A DNA stretch of 64,000 nt from Vitrella brassicaformis CCMP3155. Its lineage: Eukaryota; Protista; Chromerida. Of the stretch, positions 39,978 to 53,300 are shown piece after piece. The notes under the pieces are model-generated. The model worked only from the letters and a program-made list of their open reading frames with translations. It had not been told where the DNA came from and ran no database searches. The stretch covers positions 62,001 through 126,000 of the forward strand of contig CDMY01000040.1 in assembly GCA_001179505.1 (NCBI GenBank), given 5' to 3'. Each line of letters begins with the position of its first letter. Position 1 is the first letter of the stretch. The translations under genes and the position numbers were made by a program.

Positions 39978-42099
39978 TCAGCGGACATTATCTGCTATGA
40001 AGTTGATGAAGCGCTCTGGCGTGCAGAAGGGCACACAGCACACATAGCGCGAGAATGATCATATGTCTCTGGTGTGGTGTGTGTATCGGTCGGTGTCGTA
40101 CCTACCGGCATACTGTGGCGGCGGGACGCACGAGATGCCTTTGCGGTCATAGCGGACGGACTTGACGGCATACTCCAGGATCTTGCGATTGCTGCACACA
40201 CACACACACACACAAACACAAACACAAACACAAAGAAACAAACCACACAGCATTCACTCGTGGGCCAAGATGTGTGTGTGAGTCGGCTCCGTCGCTCACT
40301 CGTAGAGCGTGAGGAAGTCGATGATGCCCAGGTAGTAGATCTGCTTCTCGTCAGACGACAACATGCCGCCGCAAAACTCCTGCTCACAGGAACCACAATC
40401 CACAAAATACATTGACACATTGACCCATGCCGGCGGAGAGAAGTATATGTTATGTCCCCCTGTGTCTGTCTCCACTTGTCCCCTGCTCAAAGCTCACCTC
40501 ATGGAAGGGCACCCTGGGTCCGGGCGGTCTCCCCTGCAAGATGGCCTCGTTGTCGGTATCGTCGCCTCCCCCGTGTGGCTGAGACGACCCCCCGCCCTCT
40601 CTGGGCGTGTAGACGGCATCGCCGGCTCCAGACGCCGACGCACCGATGTTGGTGGACGACCCTGGGGAGGAGCGGAATGGCGCCACGGCCATCATGCCAC
40701 GGGTGGGCGTGTGGGACGCCTGCACGCGGCTCGCCGGCGTGTCTGACAGAGGCAGCTCCTCGGGATTCGTCATGTCTAGTGACCACAGCCACCAACACAA
40801 CACACGGAACAAAACAATGAATGAATGAATGCACACCGAGCGAGAGAGGGTGTGAGTGGGTGTACCTCCCTACCTCTGTCGTGTATGCCGAGCAGCAGTG
40901 AGTAGTCGATGATGTGGTGGTCTTCGAGGAAGTGGGCGTCGCTCGTCAACTGGGACACCAGCGCGGCACGACGCTCGGAGCCCAAGTTCAACTGAACCAA
41001 CCAATATAATGGAGGACGGGTCGGTGCGTCAAGGACACTCCTTGGTCGTGTGTACCTACCTACCTGTTCCCTGCGGACTCTGAAGTCGTTGTCTTTGAGT
41101 GCGACAGTCCGGTCTGGCGGGTCGCCGAGCTTCTCGGGCCGCGTCGACCGCCCCACCCAGGAACCCTTCAGGTCGTACCTGACACATACATCCACTCATT
41201 GACACACACATACAAGGGCTCATCCATCGGGGGGTGGGGTGAAAGCCATGATGCACTTCTTAACCACAAGGCGCACCTCCGCTGTATCTCGACGGGCGTG
41301 TTGAAGAAATTGCCCATCACCACAAAGTACAGCTTGACCACCTCTGCAGCACCAACAAGGACAAGGAAGGACGACCCGCCAGAGACGGACGGACGGGCAA
41401 ATCGATGACTCTCCCTCCTGCGTCTAGGCAGATGGAGTGTGCGCTAAGTTACTTGTGCTAACGAAGGTCTTCTTGGTCAACCTCAGGCCGTGCAGCCCAT
41501 AGAACCTCCACACACCACACACAAAGACACAAACGTCTCCCTCTGTACGTGTGTGTACTTGGCTCCCTCCCTCCTTCGCTCCCTCCCTCCCTCCCTCCCT
41601 CACTTGCAGAGCAGCGTGTGTGGGTTTGCCCTGAGGTATGCGTAGTAGTCCTTGAGGAGGCTCCTGAAGAACCGCGCCTCTGCGGGCGTCATGGTCTTGA
41701 TCATGAACCGCCCGTCGGCCGTGTAGTAGAAGAACGCGCCGCTCTTGCCCTCACTCGACAGCTCAGACAGAGACGACAGGTTACCAAGCACCATGTTGCC
41801 CTGCCAGGCGGGAGCCAATTATGATATGATTGCCGACCGGTACACGCACGCAGAAGACATGTGTTGTGATGTGATGTGTTGTGGTGTGGTGTGGTGTGGG
41901 TTGCTGACCATGAGTTGCTCCGGTCCGACGGACCGCAGGTACTCGTCTGCGTCGACGCCAAACCTCTCCCGAATCTTGCGAAACACAAATGGCGCGTAGT
42001 CGATGAAACGCGTCACCTGAATCAACCCATACATACATACATGAGAGACGATGCCCCCCACCCACCCACCCACACACACACAAACGCATCTCCTGCCCC

Positions 42100-42132
<33 letters not shown>

Positions 42133-45100
42133 GGCGCTGACCGTGAAGCTCTTTGCTGCCGTGTCGAGTAGGTGTCCCAGCCGAGGTGCCAGGGTGAGCT
42201 TCTCCTTCATCTCAAAGTCAGCCGACATGATCTGCCGGTTGGGGGCGTTCTCGATGCTACCCACTCCCTGACGGATACCCAACATCATGTTCAGAACCTG
42301 CACACACACACAGAGACAGACAGAGGGAGTCAGGCAGGCCCCACTGACTAGGACAGAGGCATGCACGTGACTGACCAGGTTCCAGTTCTCGTGGCCAAAG
42401 TGGATGGCGAGCCCCTTCTTGGGACCCAGCAACCGGTACTGACGCTGAGTCCTCCTCCGGTGCCGCCGATCTGCACACGCACAGACAGAGAGGGAGGGAG
42501 GAGGGAGGGATGGCGGCGACGGGCTGGCTGGGTCGAGTGCACAGACGGGCGGGGGGGCGGATGGATCAATGGATGGATGGAGGGACGTACCTCTCCTTGT
42601 GCCGGTGGGGATGTTCTGCATCACCGAGGCCCTCCTGAGGGATGAAGCAAGCAAGGAAAGCCAGACAGACGGCAGTGTGATGCAGTGCAGTGCAGCCCAT
42701 GCAGTCAGCCCCATCTCCGTCCATCCTTACCCGCCGGTGCCGCCCATCCACCCGGTACTGACATGCATAGGCCCACACCCACACCCACAGGTGAACCACA
42801 GATACATACCAACAGTGATGTCCCGTTGTGGTGCGTTGTATGGTGTGGTGTGGTGTTGTGTGGTGTGGCGGTGTGTGGTACCCACCCTGCTCGGTCGACG
42901 GGCATGGTGACGCTGCCGGGGCCACCCCGCACGTATGCCTCGACGGCAGGCGAACGGACAGACTGCACCAGCCAGCCAGCCAACCGAACAGACAACAAAC
43001 AGCACACGTGAGGCACATGGGTGGGTGGTGTGGTGTGCATGATTGTTTTGTGTGGGTGGGTTGGGTGGGGATGAGGTGCTTACGGGGTCATCGATGTCGT
43101 TGAGGTCGAGGGGGAGGCCCGCACGGCCGTCGGGGAAGGACACCTTCACCTGACGCATACTGACACCACACACATAAGCACACAAGAACGGACCCGGTCC
43201 TTCCCTCAGAGTGGCAGAGTGGTGTCCGTCTGTCTGGCTGGCTGGGTAGGTGGCTCACGTGCTCGTGTCGGGCTCCCCTTCCTCCCTCTCTAGCGATTCT
43301 CGCCGACTACCAAGCCTGCACCAGCCAACACACAGACAGACAGACAGACGGACAGACGAGAGATGGACGGGCCGACGACATTGAATGTCCGATTGCCCGA
43401 CCTCGATGCGGGCAGTGAGGATGTGGTGTCTGAGATGCGCGTGTCCTTCGACACGACCGGGAGGTTGGCGGGCGGCTCCACAGCCACGACGCCCGAGTCC
43501 GTCATGACGCCCTCCACCGCCACGGCAGAGGGCGAGTGGCCCCGGTCCAGCCCCGCAATCCCATACGCAGGATGCTCGGTGCTCGACGACTCGTCCACCG
43601 TCCTGACTCATGGACGGACGGATGAATGCATGCATGCATCACAGCGACAGACACCACTACAGCGTGACGATTAGTTGCTCGGCCGTGTCCCCCCCATCTA
43701 TCCATCCCTACATCCATCCCTCTGTCTGTCTGTCTGTCTGTTGTGCGGTGCAATATGGCTGGTCGGGTGCCTTGCCTTACGGTTCTCTGTCGATCATGTT
43801 GAGGAGGGCCAGGACCTTCTGCTGCAGCCTCAGCATGTATTGGGTGTAGCGCGGGTCCATACGGCCAGGAGGGGCGCTGAAACGACCAGCATCGCCCGCA
43901 TCCTGGGACGGCTCGGGCGGCTGCAGGGGGGTGGGGGCCGGCCTTTGGGGCGGCATGGTCAGCCGCTCAGTCGGCTTCACCACCTGCGTCATGGCCTGCG
44001 GGGTCAGCGGGGGCACCTCTACCTGCAGAAAGCGCACGTACGACACACAGACAGACAAGACTCCCTTCTTGTTATCTCCGGACATCCATCTCTGTCTGTC
44101 TGTCTGTCTGTCTGTTGTGGGCCGACCTTGGCTTTTGTAGGAGCCCTCTCTGCGCCAGGTTCGCCCTCGCCATCGCTCCTCTCCCTCTTGACGGGGAACC
44201 GCATCGGCTCTGCAGTTGTGGCGGCCATGCCCACCACAACCTCCTGCGGCTTCAATCCTGGCGCCCTCACCACACCGTCACGGCCGCCCGTTTTCCTTGT
44301 GTCCTCTTGCCTCTCCCCGTCCTTGACACGCGCACCACTGGTATCACCAGGAGGGGCAGGAAGGGCCGCGGCCGTCGTGACAGGCAGCTTGTTGTTGGCC
44401 TCCTCGGCCGCTGGTGGCTTCTGCCCGTCCTGCATCGACCCCGACCCGCCTAGGATGGTGGTGAGCGACGTCATCAGCCCAGACGTGACCACAAACGTCG
44501 ACGGGTAGTCCTCGGCCTGCGACCCCGTGCCCTCGACGGGTTCGGGCGGCGTAAGGGCAGTGGTCTCTGGCGGCCGTGCGGGGGATGTGGTGGGCGCCCG
44601 AGTCGAACCGGTGCCGGGCGGCGGCGACCTCGGGGCCGATACTGCGGGCTGGTCGAGGTCGCCTGTGTCTGACAGGGGCGGGAACAGAGGCGCCAGGACG
44701 GGTATGGGGCTGGACGTGGTGAGGGAGGGAGAGGGGGGGCAGCTGGACTGGGCGGCGGGGAGCAGAGGAAGAGCGACGGGGGGGGAGGGCGTGGGGCCCG
44801 CTGGGGGCTGTTGCTGGGGTGCTTCTTGTTGCTGCGGGGGCCGGTCGTCGGCCTCGGGCCTCTCGTGAGGAAGCGCCTCGGGCGGGACGACCAACGGAGG
44901 GTGTCGAGCGATGCACACAGGCCAGCAAGACCACTGCAGACAGACAGGTCAACCAACCAGTCAATCAACCGACAGGCATCCATCGCATCCACCGCACCCC
45001 CCAGCCACCTGACCTGAGGTTTGCGTGGTGGCTTGGTGGCCCCACCCATCGACACTGCCATCTCTCCTGCCTCATGCCCATCGTCACCACCGTGGCCCTG

Positions 45101-47634
45101 CTGCCCCACGGGCGCGAGAGCCTGTCGGAGGTAGTCTGCGATGGCCTGGTCGAGCCGCTGGTCCAGTCCCGCTTGGCGCATCCAGCCCGTGTTGAAGGTC
45201 AGCGAGCTGCGCAGCGTGCCATTGCTGGCGGCGAGGGACCCGCCGCTGCCGTAAGTGCCCTTGCTGTGGCCGGGGCCGCCCGAGGAGGACTGCTTGGGGT
45301 CAGATGACGACCCGTAGGGCTGTGAGGTGCCATTGGATGACGAGAAGGGGTAGCTGGAGGTGTAGTTGTAATCTGAGCCCCCGCCGACGCCCGCCCCTGC
45401 CTCGCCATAGAGTGAGACGAAGGGCACCGACTCGGTGGGCCGCCTTTGGGGGGGTGGGTGCCGTTGCGGGACAGGTTGTGGTTGGGGGGTCTGTGGTGTG
45501 GCAGGGGGTGCCGAGTGGGCGGCCGGCGGCTGGGGCGACGCCATCTGGGAGGCGCCTACCGATGCCGTCTGCAGGCTGCTGTCGGGCCGCCGGTCGCCGC
45601 TGTCCATGCGGAACAGCACGGCATTTGCGTCAAGAAAACCTGTGCTCACCTGGTCACAGTTCCAACACAGATAGGTACACGAACCCATCAATCCATCCAT
45701 CAATCACTCTTGAAAGGCTGTCGGTGCGTCCGTCCGTCCACGAGGTGCGTACGTACCATGTTATCGACAGTTTTGGTGAGGAGGTCCCTGATGGCGAGGA
45801 GTTCGTGTCGGATGTACCTCATGCGGCCGCTCTCCCGGGGCGTGTCGGTGGAGAACCGCGGCGACACGGCCAGCATGCCGTCGCGGCCGAACTGGGCTGT
45901 GGGGTCGCGCAACAACCCACTCACGCCGGGGGTGCCCGGAGATACACCCACTCCTGAACCAAACAACACAACCAGCCCACCGACATGACATAGAGGCGGG
46001 GTCGGTCCGTCGGTCGGTCGGTCTGTCTGTCTGTGCCAGAGAGTGAGTGTCATTTGTGATGACGGACCGCTTCGCTTGTTGGGGCTCCTGGCAGCGCGGG
46101 AAGAGCTGAAGCCAAAGGGAAGGACACCTGACAAATACATATGAGACATACAGCCACACAGGCGGGGAAAAGGGGCGTGCCGCGCTCCAATTGTCGGTGC
46201 GCTCGCTGCTCACCGAGAAGAGCCAAGAACTCCGGGCTATGCTTGACCGCATTCTTGTAACTGCAATCGCAGAATCAAACCAACCAAACCAAACCAAAGG
46301 AATGCAAAGCAACGCAGCGAACGAAATACACAGCAGCCCACTGCACGTGCAGATCTGTCTCTCTGTCTCTCTGTGTGTGTGTGTGTCACCGACTCTTCGA
46401 GTGTCATTCTGAGCTTGCCGTCCTCTCCCGGGCTGGCAAGACGCATGAACAAGTGCTGCATGTTGACGTCCGACAAATCCACTGACCAGCCCCATCGATC
46501 GATGGATGGATGCCAACACAAACAGACAGACAGACAGATGGTGCGCTCGTTGTCCAACCATTCGTTGTGTGCAGTGTAGACGTGCAGGTCAGTCAGGTTG
46601 GTATGGTGTTTACCTACCTTCGGGTCTGCCAGGCACAAGTGACGATATGGTCGTGTCGACGCACCGCACCATGGCCTTGAATTCGTCATATGTGATGAAG
46701 TTGGGGTCCATCCCACGCTCAATCACCACAACCCCACCCCGACTCACACCGCCACCACCACCACCACCACCAGCACCAGCCGCAGTTGTCGTACTTGTGG
46801 CGGACACACCACCCTGTGTGCCGCTCGATGGCACATCTGGGGTGGACACGCTCCGTCGGGCGGAAAGGGCTGGCAGTACGCCGTTGCACCTCCCCTGCAC
46901 CAGCTTCTCATCGTCCCGTGAGTCCTTGTGCGGCAGCTCCTTGCCGTCTGGTGGATGTGACGGCCCTCCAGCGGCGGCCTCAGCGGCAGCCCGCTGCTGC
47001 TGTGCCCGGTGGAGGCGGACACTGTTGGCGTTGAGGATGCGGAAGGAGAGCTCGAGCTTCTCGTCCTCGCTGCCGCGAATCATTATGCCCAGGGACGTCA
47101 CAAACTCAAAGAAATCAAGCTAAGGGACACATAGACAGACAGACACAGAAAAGCAGAGCAGAGCAGAGCAGACACAGATTCGCTCGGTCGCTGATGAGAT
47201 CGACGGACTGACAAGCAGCGCTATGAGTGCAGCCTCCCTGATTGCCTGTCTGTCTGTCTGCCTGTCTGGGTACGTCAGTCGATCTGTCGCACGTGTAGAG
47301 CCCATGTGCTTGTGTCGATGTCTGTGTGTACCTCTCCGTCATTGTTTTGGTCGAAAGCCTCGAACATGCTGTCGGGCAGGAAGGGGTCGTCGAGCATGCC
47401 CAGATACCCAAGTGTTTCCCGAAATCGGGCCTTGCTCATGTGGCCCGTCGGGCAGATGCGGCGGAACCTCGCGTAGAGCGCCTGAATCTCCTTGGGCGTG
47501 AAGCGGTCCTGCATCTCTTTGCGCACCTTCTGCAGGGTCTCCACATCCACGCGACGCGGCACAGGCGCATCAGCCGCCGGGTGGTCGTCGACGACGCCAC
47601 GGACGCGCCGACAGCTGCCCAGTCCACACGACAT
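39978..47634 (-). CDS. Phosphatidylinositol-4-phosphate 5-kinase with an N-terminal neuronal-calcium-sensor-like EF-hand domain (PIP5K/NCS-type fusion), many exons
   Basis: N-terminus RFTPKEIQALYARF..FEAFDQNNDGE|LDFFEFVTSLGIMIRGSEDEKLELSF (NCS/recoverin-like). C-terminus DYAPFVFRKIRERFGV, SEGKSGAFFYYTADGRFMIKT, YDLKGS, LKDNDF, IIDYSLLLGIH, YYLGIIDFL, PPPQYA..RFINFI. The intervening minus-strand exons are low-complexity; continuity into a single gene is inferred. Confidence 0.85.
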
Positions 47635-48099
47635 CGACTGACGGTAGGCCGCCGCCTGCTATGGCGGTTCCGGCAAGTTGATAGAAAGAAGCCTGGCAAG
47701 CTGAGTAGAGGGCCAAATCACAACAAGTGGAGCACAGCTGCTTCCACAACGACGGCAGCCCTCCAATCCTTCTCAAGAGAAGAAAATGACGTTTCCACCT
47801 TTGCTTAGCTAAGCTCGGAGACGCTGAGCTCGCAGATTGTCTCTGTCGGGAGCAGCGGCAATGCCCCTGTGGTCACGATAAATTGTCGACGGAGGCCCCT
47901 CACACCCACCCACAGACACAGCCCAGGTATGTATGTACGCACCGCATACAGCCACGACGGATCCATCCACTCGCTCCCTTGGTCCATATATCCCATTCAG
48001 GTGTCATTTCCCTTCTCTCCACGTGTGTGCTGCTTGGGTTGCTAGGTTCTTCCCCTGTCTGTCTGGCTGATTGATTGATTCAACTCACACACAGGCTGG

Positions 48100-49396
48100 A
48101 TGGTGTTGTTCCACCTGAAGGGCAAGGAGGCCCAGCACGAGTTCCTCTACGAGTGCCCCGCCAGCACGCCCACCGCGGCCCTCATCGCCGACCTCGTCCG
48201 CGTCCACAACACGCGCCTCAAGGTCATGCGACTCGCAGACGCATGCCTGGGGCTTGCCGCACACGGCCCGCTCCGGCCTGAGGAGACCCGCGGCCTCTCG
48301 GACGAGGTGGCCAAGCTGTCGGAGCTGAGCTTGGACAAGGGTGCCACGCACCCCGACCCCTCCAACTACCGCACTGGAGTGCCGCCCACGGCAGCCACGG
48401 CAGAGGTGCTCAAGCGGACGGCAGAGGAGGCGCAGGAGGCCGTCTCGCACAAACAGGTGGGTCGCACAAACAGACAGACAGGCGCACACACGATGGGCAA
48501 CTGATCGTACGATGCTTTGTGTCGTGTTGGGTGTGTCCCCTGATGTGTCCATTGTCGTCAGGTTGGTCATCGGGTGTGCATGACGGTGTCGCGTTTGCAG
48601 GAGTCGCTGGACAACTTGCGGGGTGCGGTCATGATAGCCTACCCGGCCTACCACAACCTCCCTGAGTGGGACCCGGCGCGCATGATCCTCGAGGACAAGG
48701 ACCCCCTCGAGGGCACACACGAGGGCAAAGAGGTACATACGGGCGGGAGGGCCGACGGCTGGGTGCCGGGTGCACCTGTGTGTATCTGTCTCTGTGTGTG
48801 TCGGTTCAGGTGTTGTGCGAGTCAAGTACGGGTTTGTGGTGGGCGGGGAAGGAGATGCGTCGCGGCAAGCTGGTCAGCGACTTCCTCGGCCGCAACGAAA
48901 AGACCAAAGTGGTGGCGCGCCTGCAGCCCGCCAACGCGGGTCGGTTCGTGTGCCGAACATGAGCAGATAGATGGGCAGAGAGCGAGCACCTCCATCCATC
49001 CATCCATCAGCTGTCGACCTGTACTTCATTTCTGTGTGTATTCCTCTCCTTGGTTCTGTTGTCTTGTCCGTAGGTGCGCCAGTGCGCGAGCCGCGTGTGG
49101 ATGAGGAGACGCACAAGGCCATGCTGTCGTTCTACCACAAGCGGCAGCAGGAAGACAAGGTACACACCTGCCCGATATATGCCATCCATGACCCCACCCA
49201 CCCGCGATCACCTGCTTGTGTTGAATTAGTTAATTGGTGTGCTGTGCTGTGGTGTGGTGTGGTGTGGTATCTGGAGCAGCAACTGGAAGATGACGAGGAC
49301 GATTCGTATCTCGGATCGGCGTGGGCCAACCCCCGAGGCCTCAAAAACGCCCTCGTCGGCGGCGGCAAAGACATCAAGTGGAAGCCATTCAACTAA
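48100..49396 (+). CDS. CFAP298: Cilia- and flagella-associated protein 298 (C21orf59/Kurly/FBB18) homolog, 5 exons
   Basis: MVLFHLK..EFLYEC, HGPLRPEE..GL, LRGAVMIAYP..LPEWDP, LWWAGKEM, GRNEKTKVVARLQ, GAPVREP, DDSYLGSAWAN..LK. Exons 48100-48456, 48562-48732, 48810-48939, 49074-49159 and a final exon. Confidence 0.85.
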
Positions 49397-50316
49397 ACTC
49401 TCTGCCTGCCTGCCTGTCCAGGCGTGTGTGGGTGAAGTTGACGTGAGTAGCGTTGGGGAGGCTGGGTGGATGGATGGAGGGATGGGCTGACTGACTGACT
49501 GACTGTGTATAGGGATGGTTGTCTGTGCGGTGTACACTACACGGGGACGCTTCGCTTCGGTGTGGGGGGTCGGTTCAGTGGATGGACGTCTGCTGATGGT
49601 CTGAGGGCGTTCATCATTCAAGCGTTTGTCCAGCTGCGCTCAGCTCAGCACAGTAATCGTGCCATCTGTATTAATAGAGTGACTCACCGATCCGTCCGTC
49701 TATCCTACGCTCAACGAGCGTAGGAACAGGCAGAAAAGCACTTCCATCCATCCATCTATCCATCCATCCCATCCCATCCAATCGCACGCAGCACACAATG
49801 TCCATTTTTTCAATTTAGCGATACATACACCCATCCTGTTTGTACCGATCCATCCGGCCGTCCGGCCGTCCGCGCATCCACATCCATGAGCAAAACGTAC
49901 ATCGTCTCAGTCGGCGACAAAGGAAAACGACGACAGCTACATGAGGCGCCAGATGGCACTCTGTACCTCTCAGCGGGGAACCAAAAGCGGATCCCTTACG
50001 TCTCTTTCCAGCTGACCTACGGTCAGCGGACCCAGTCGTGGCTACCTCTTATTCGAAGGTCATTGTCGTATTCACCGATGCTTCGGACTCCGGCAAAAGG
50101 GAAAAACGCGTTGCAGACAAGCCGCCCGTCCCTCTCCCTCTCCCTCTCCCTCTCCGTGCTATCCCCTCCCTCCCTCTACCAGCGGACACCACGCATCGAC
50201 ACACATGCACTCATTCATGCCCTCATCGATTCACTCGGCCCTCACATCCATCCCATCCCCCCCCACCCCACTCCGGCTCACCCCTCCCTCCCTCCCTCCC
50301 TTTATCTGTCTATCTA

Positions 50317-53300
50317 TCAGCCGACATCGATGACCGGTATGAGTGCAGGGCGTGCAGGGCGCCATCCCACATGGCGTCCCATGAATCCTCCCTGCCCTCC
50401 CCCGTGTGGCTGTCCGACACTCCCACTGCCCATGGGTCGGTCCTGGGTGGCTGGTGGTGCTGGTGGTGGGGCGAGCATGGCTGGCGCGTCGAGTGGGCTG
50501 CGGATGGGAGGGATTGGATGGACGAAGACGCCATTGACGAAGACGCCATCGACGTCGACGCCTCCGTTGCCGAGCGGCTGCCTCTTGCGTTTCTCACCCA
50601 CGCCGCCACCACCTCTCACACCCGCACCCATACCTTGCACACCCCAAATGCCACTCGATGACGACTGGTACTGGTGCTGGTACTGCTGAGCCGACGAAGT
50701 GGAGTACTGCAAGACACTCAGAGGGGGCAGCGGATGGCTGGTGCTGTTGTGGACCTGCCCGCCCACAGAGGGGCCGCCTCGGGCGGCGCCATTGAGTGTC
50801 TCCCCGACAGCTGGGTTGCTGCTCACGCCGATGGCCGGTAGGGCGCCGAGCGAGGGGTGACTCGACCGGTGGTTGTGCTGGTGCTGGGGGCGGTGGACGG
50901 GCTTGTGTTTGGGCGTGGGCGTCGGCGGATGGTGAGGCTGGGTGGTGGGGCCGGCCTGCCGCTTGGGAGGGGGCTCGGGCATGTCCTCCTCAGCCTCCAA
51001 ATCGATGACTGGCGCCATGCCCCCACCAACACCCACACCCATGCCCATGCCCACACCCACACCAATGCCCTCCCCCTCTCGCTCGGCGCCACCACCCTGA
51101 CGCTCGCCCCGGCCCATCTCGCCAACACCTCCACCCAGAGCCTCACCCGCACCCCCGAGGCCCACAGACGCAACCCCGCCGCTGATGGTGGGTGCCGGTG
51201 CTGACGCCTTTGCTCTGTCTGGGTATCTGAGGGCCATGATGGCGTCGAAGCGCGTCTTGTCGTCGGGTGACGGTAGGGTGGCGGTGGCCGCGGTGGCCAT
51301 GGCCTCCTGCTGTGGGGGCACCCGAGCCGTCTGGCTGGCTGCAGGGGGGTTGATGGTGATGGGAGGGAAGGCAAGCCCCACGCCGCCCCAGGGCAGGCGG
51401 AGGTAGCTACCCGTGTCCTGAAGAAACACGTACAAGGAAGGAAGAATGGACACACAAATGGATGGATGGATGGATAGTCTCTCTCATGTGGATCTTCGTG
51501 TGGGTGTGGGTGGGTGGGCATCTGCGCACCTTCACGCCGGGGATGCGGCAACGAATGCCTGGCGGTGCAGGCCCCCAAAACAAATCGCCGAAGGAAATCG
51601 GGCCGGTCGTTGGAGCAGGGGCACCGTTGCCGATGTTGCTCGGTGGCTGGATGGGCAGAGGCGCGGCAGCAGCAGCGGGGGCCGCACCGGATGAGGCGCT
51701 GGCCACCACCTCGCACCCCATGGCCTCTTCTCCCTCTCCCTCTCCCTCCCCCGCACCACCACCCCCACCGAGTTCCTCCCCACCAGCACCGATGGCAGGC
51801 TCGGCCACCTGCAGCAGCACGTGCGCCTGGCCATCCACCGGGGCGGGTGGGGGTGCGACGGTCGCTACGGGCGCGTCGCGCTGCTCGTGCTGCTCCTGCT
51901 CAGCCGGGGCCTCCAATGCCACCTCTCCCTGGTGCTCGCCAACGTCCTGGGCCATCTCGGCGTCCTTGGCGATCTCGGCGCCCTCGATACCCGACACATC
52001 TGACGCCACAACAAAGGAGCGACAGCAGCAACAACGACGTTGATGGTGACTGGTCAATGGATTGGTGTCGTGTGGTGTCTGTGGTGAGATGACTGACCTA
52101 TGTCATCGGGTTCACACCGGGCCGGCGTGCGATTGTCGTCAGCAGGGGGCGCATCGACTACGGGCGCCGGTGCGAGTGGTGGAGGTGCGAGTGCGGGTGC
52201 AGCGATGGGGAGCTGGGCAGGCTGGTTGGTGTTGGTGTTGGGGTGGGGGGGCAGCCCGGGTGGCTGCACTCCGTCGACGAGCTCCAGCTCCTCCTCCTCT
52301 ACCTCCAGGTCGTCGTCGTCGTGCTCCTCACCCTCACCCTCGCCCTCCTTCTCGCCTGCGTCATACACACAACCAACAGACAAACAAACAAACAGATATC
52401 ACATGAGATGCGATGGTCACAGTGTGCTTTAGTGTCCCCGTGTGGATGGATGGCTGGATGGAAACCCACCGTTGTCCTCCTGGGCGGCCTCGTCCTTCTT
52501 GGCCGGCCGACACTCCTCGCACAGATACTGAACGAACCAATGGAGGCAACGAACAAAACCAAACAAACGAGCAAACAGACAGGGAGCGATGGGGGGAGGG
52601 AGGGAGGGAGGGGCGAGAAGGATTACAGACATGGATACAGTGGCGTGAGGTGCAGTGCGTGTGCGTCGTGTCAGCTTGCTCACCTTGGTGCGCCAGCGCA
52701 TCGGTCCGGGGCCCTCCATCTCAGCTACCGACAAACCCGTGAACCTGACCACCACACAGAAAGAAGAAACAGATGACAGACCCCAACGCACCGGTGAGGA
52801 CGGTTCGCGTGTGTGGATGGCATGTGTGGGTGTAGGTAAATGTGTGTATGTGTGTGTGTGGTCAGTTACCGATGGCCACATGCCTTGCATCTGGTGACGA
52901 TGAGGTCGTTGGTTGTGCAGCCGAGGACCCGCACCGAGGTGGGCGAGGCCCTGTCCATCTTCTTGATCTCCGACTTGGCCACTTTGCCCTCACGGACGAG
53001 ATCCTCTACCAAACCTGACCCACCGTCACAACACACACACACATCCATCCATCTGCATGTTTGGTGCATGTGTTGGTTGACACGAATGGTGGGTGACGTA
53101 CGCTTGTAGAGCTCGCGACCGGTCTCCTCGGCGTTGAGCTCCATCCGCCACACCAGTGCACATGGGTGCCACCTGCACACAGACACACAGACAGACAGAC
53201 GCAGACACATAGACGACCATTTCTGTCACCCATTTGTGTGCACGTGTGTTGTGTTGTGTTGGCTCACTTGGCCACTCCGATGAGCTTGCCGCACTTGCAT

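Noticed and set aside
49886-50689. 267-aa plus-strand ORF (MSKTYIVSVG..)
   Set aside because: Runs through microsatellite-like DNA and is antisense to the JmjC tail; no supporting motif.
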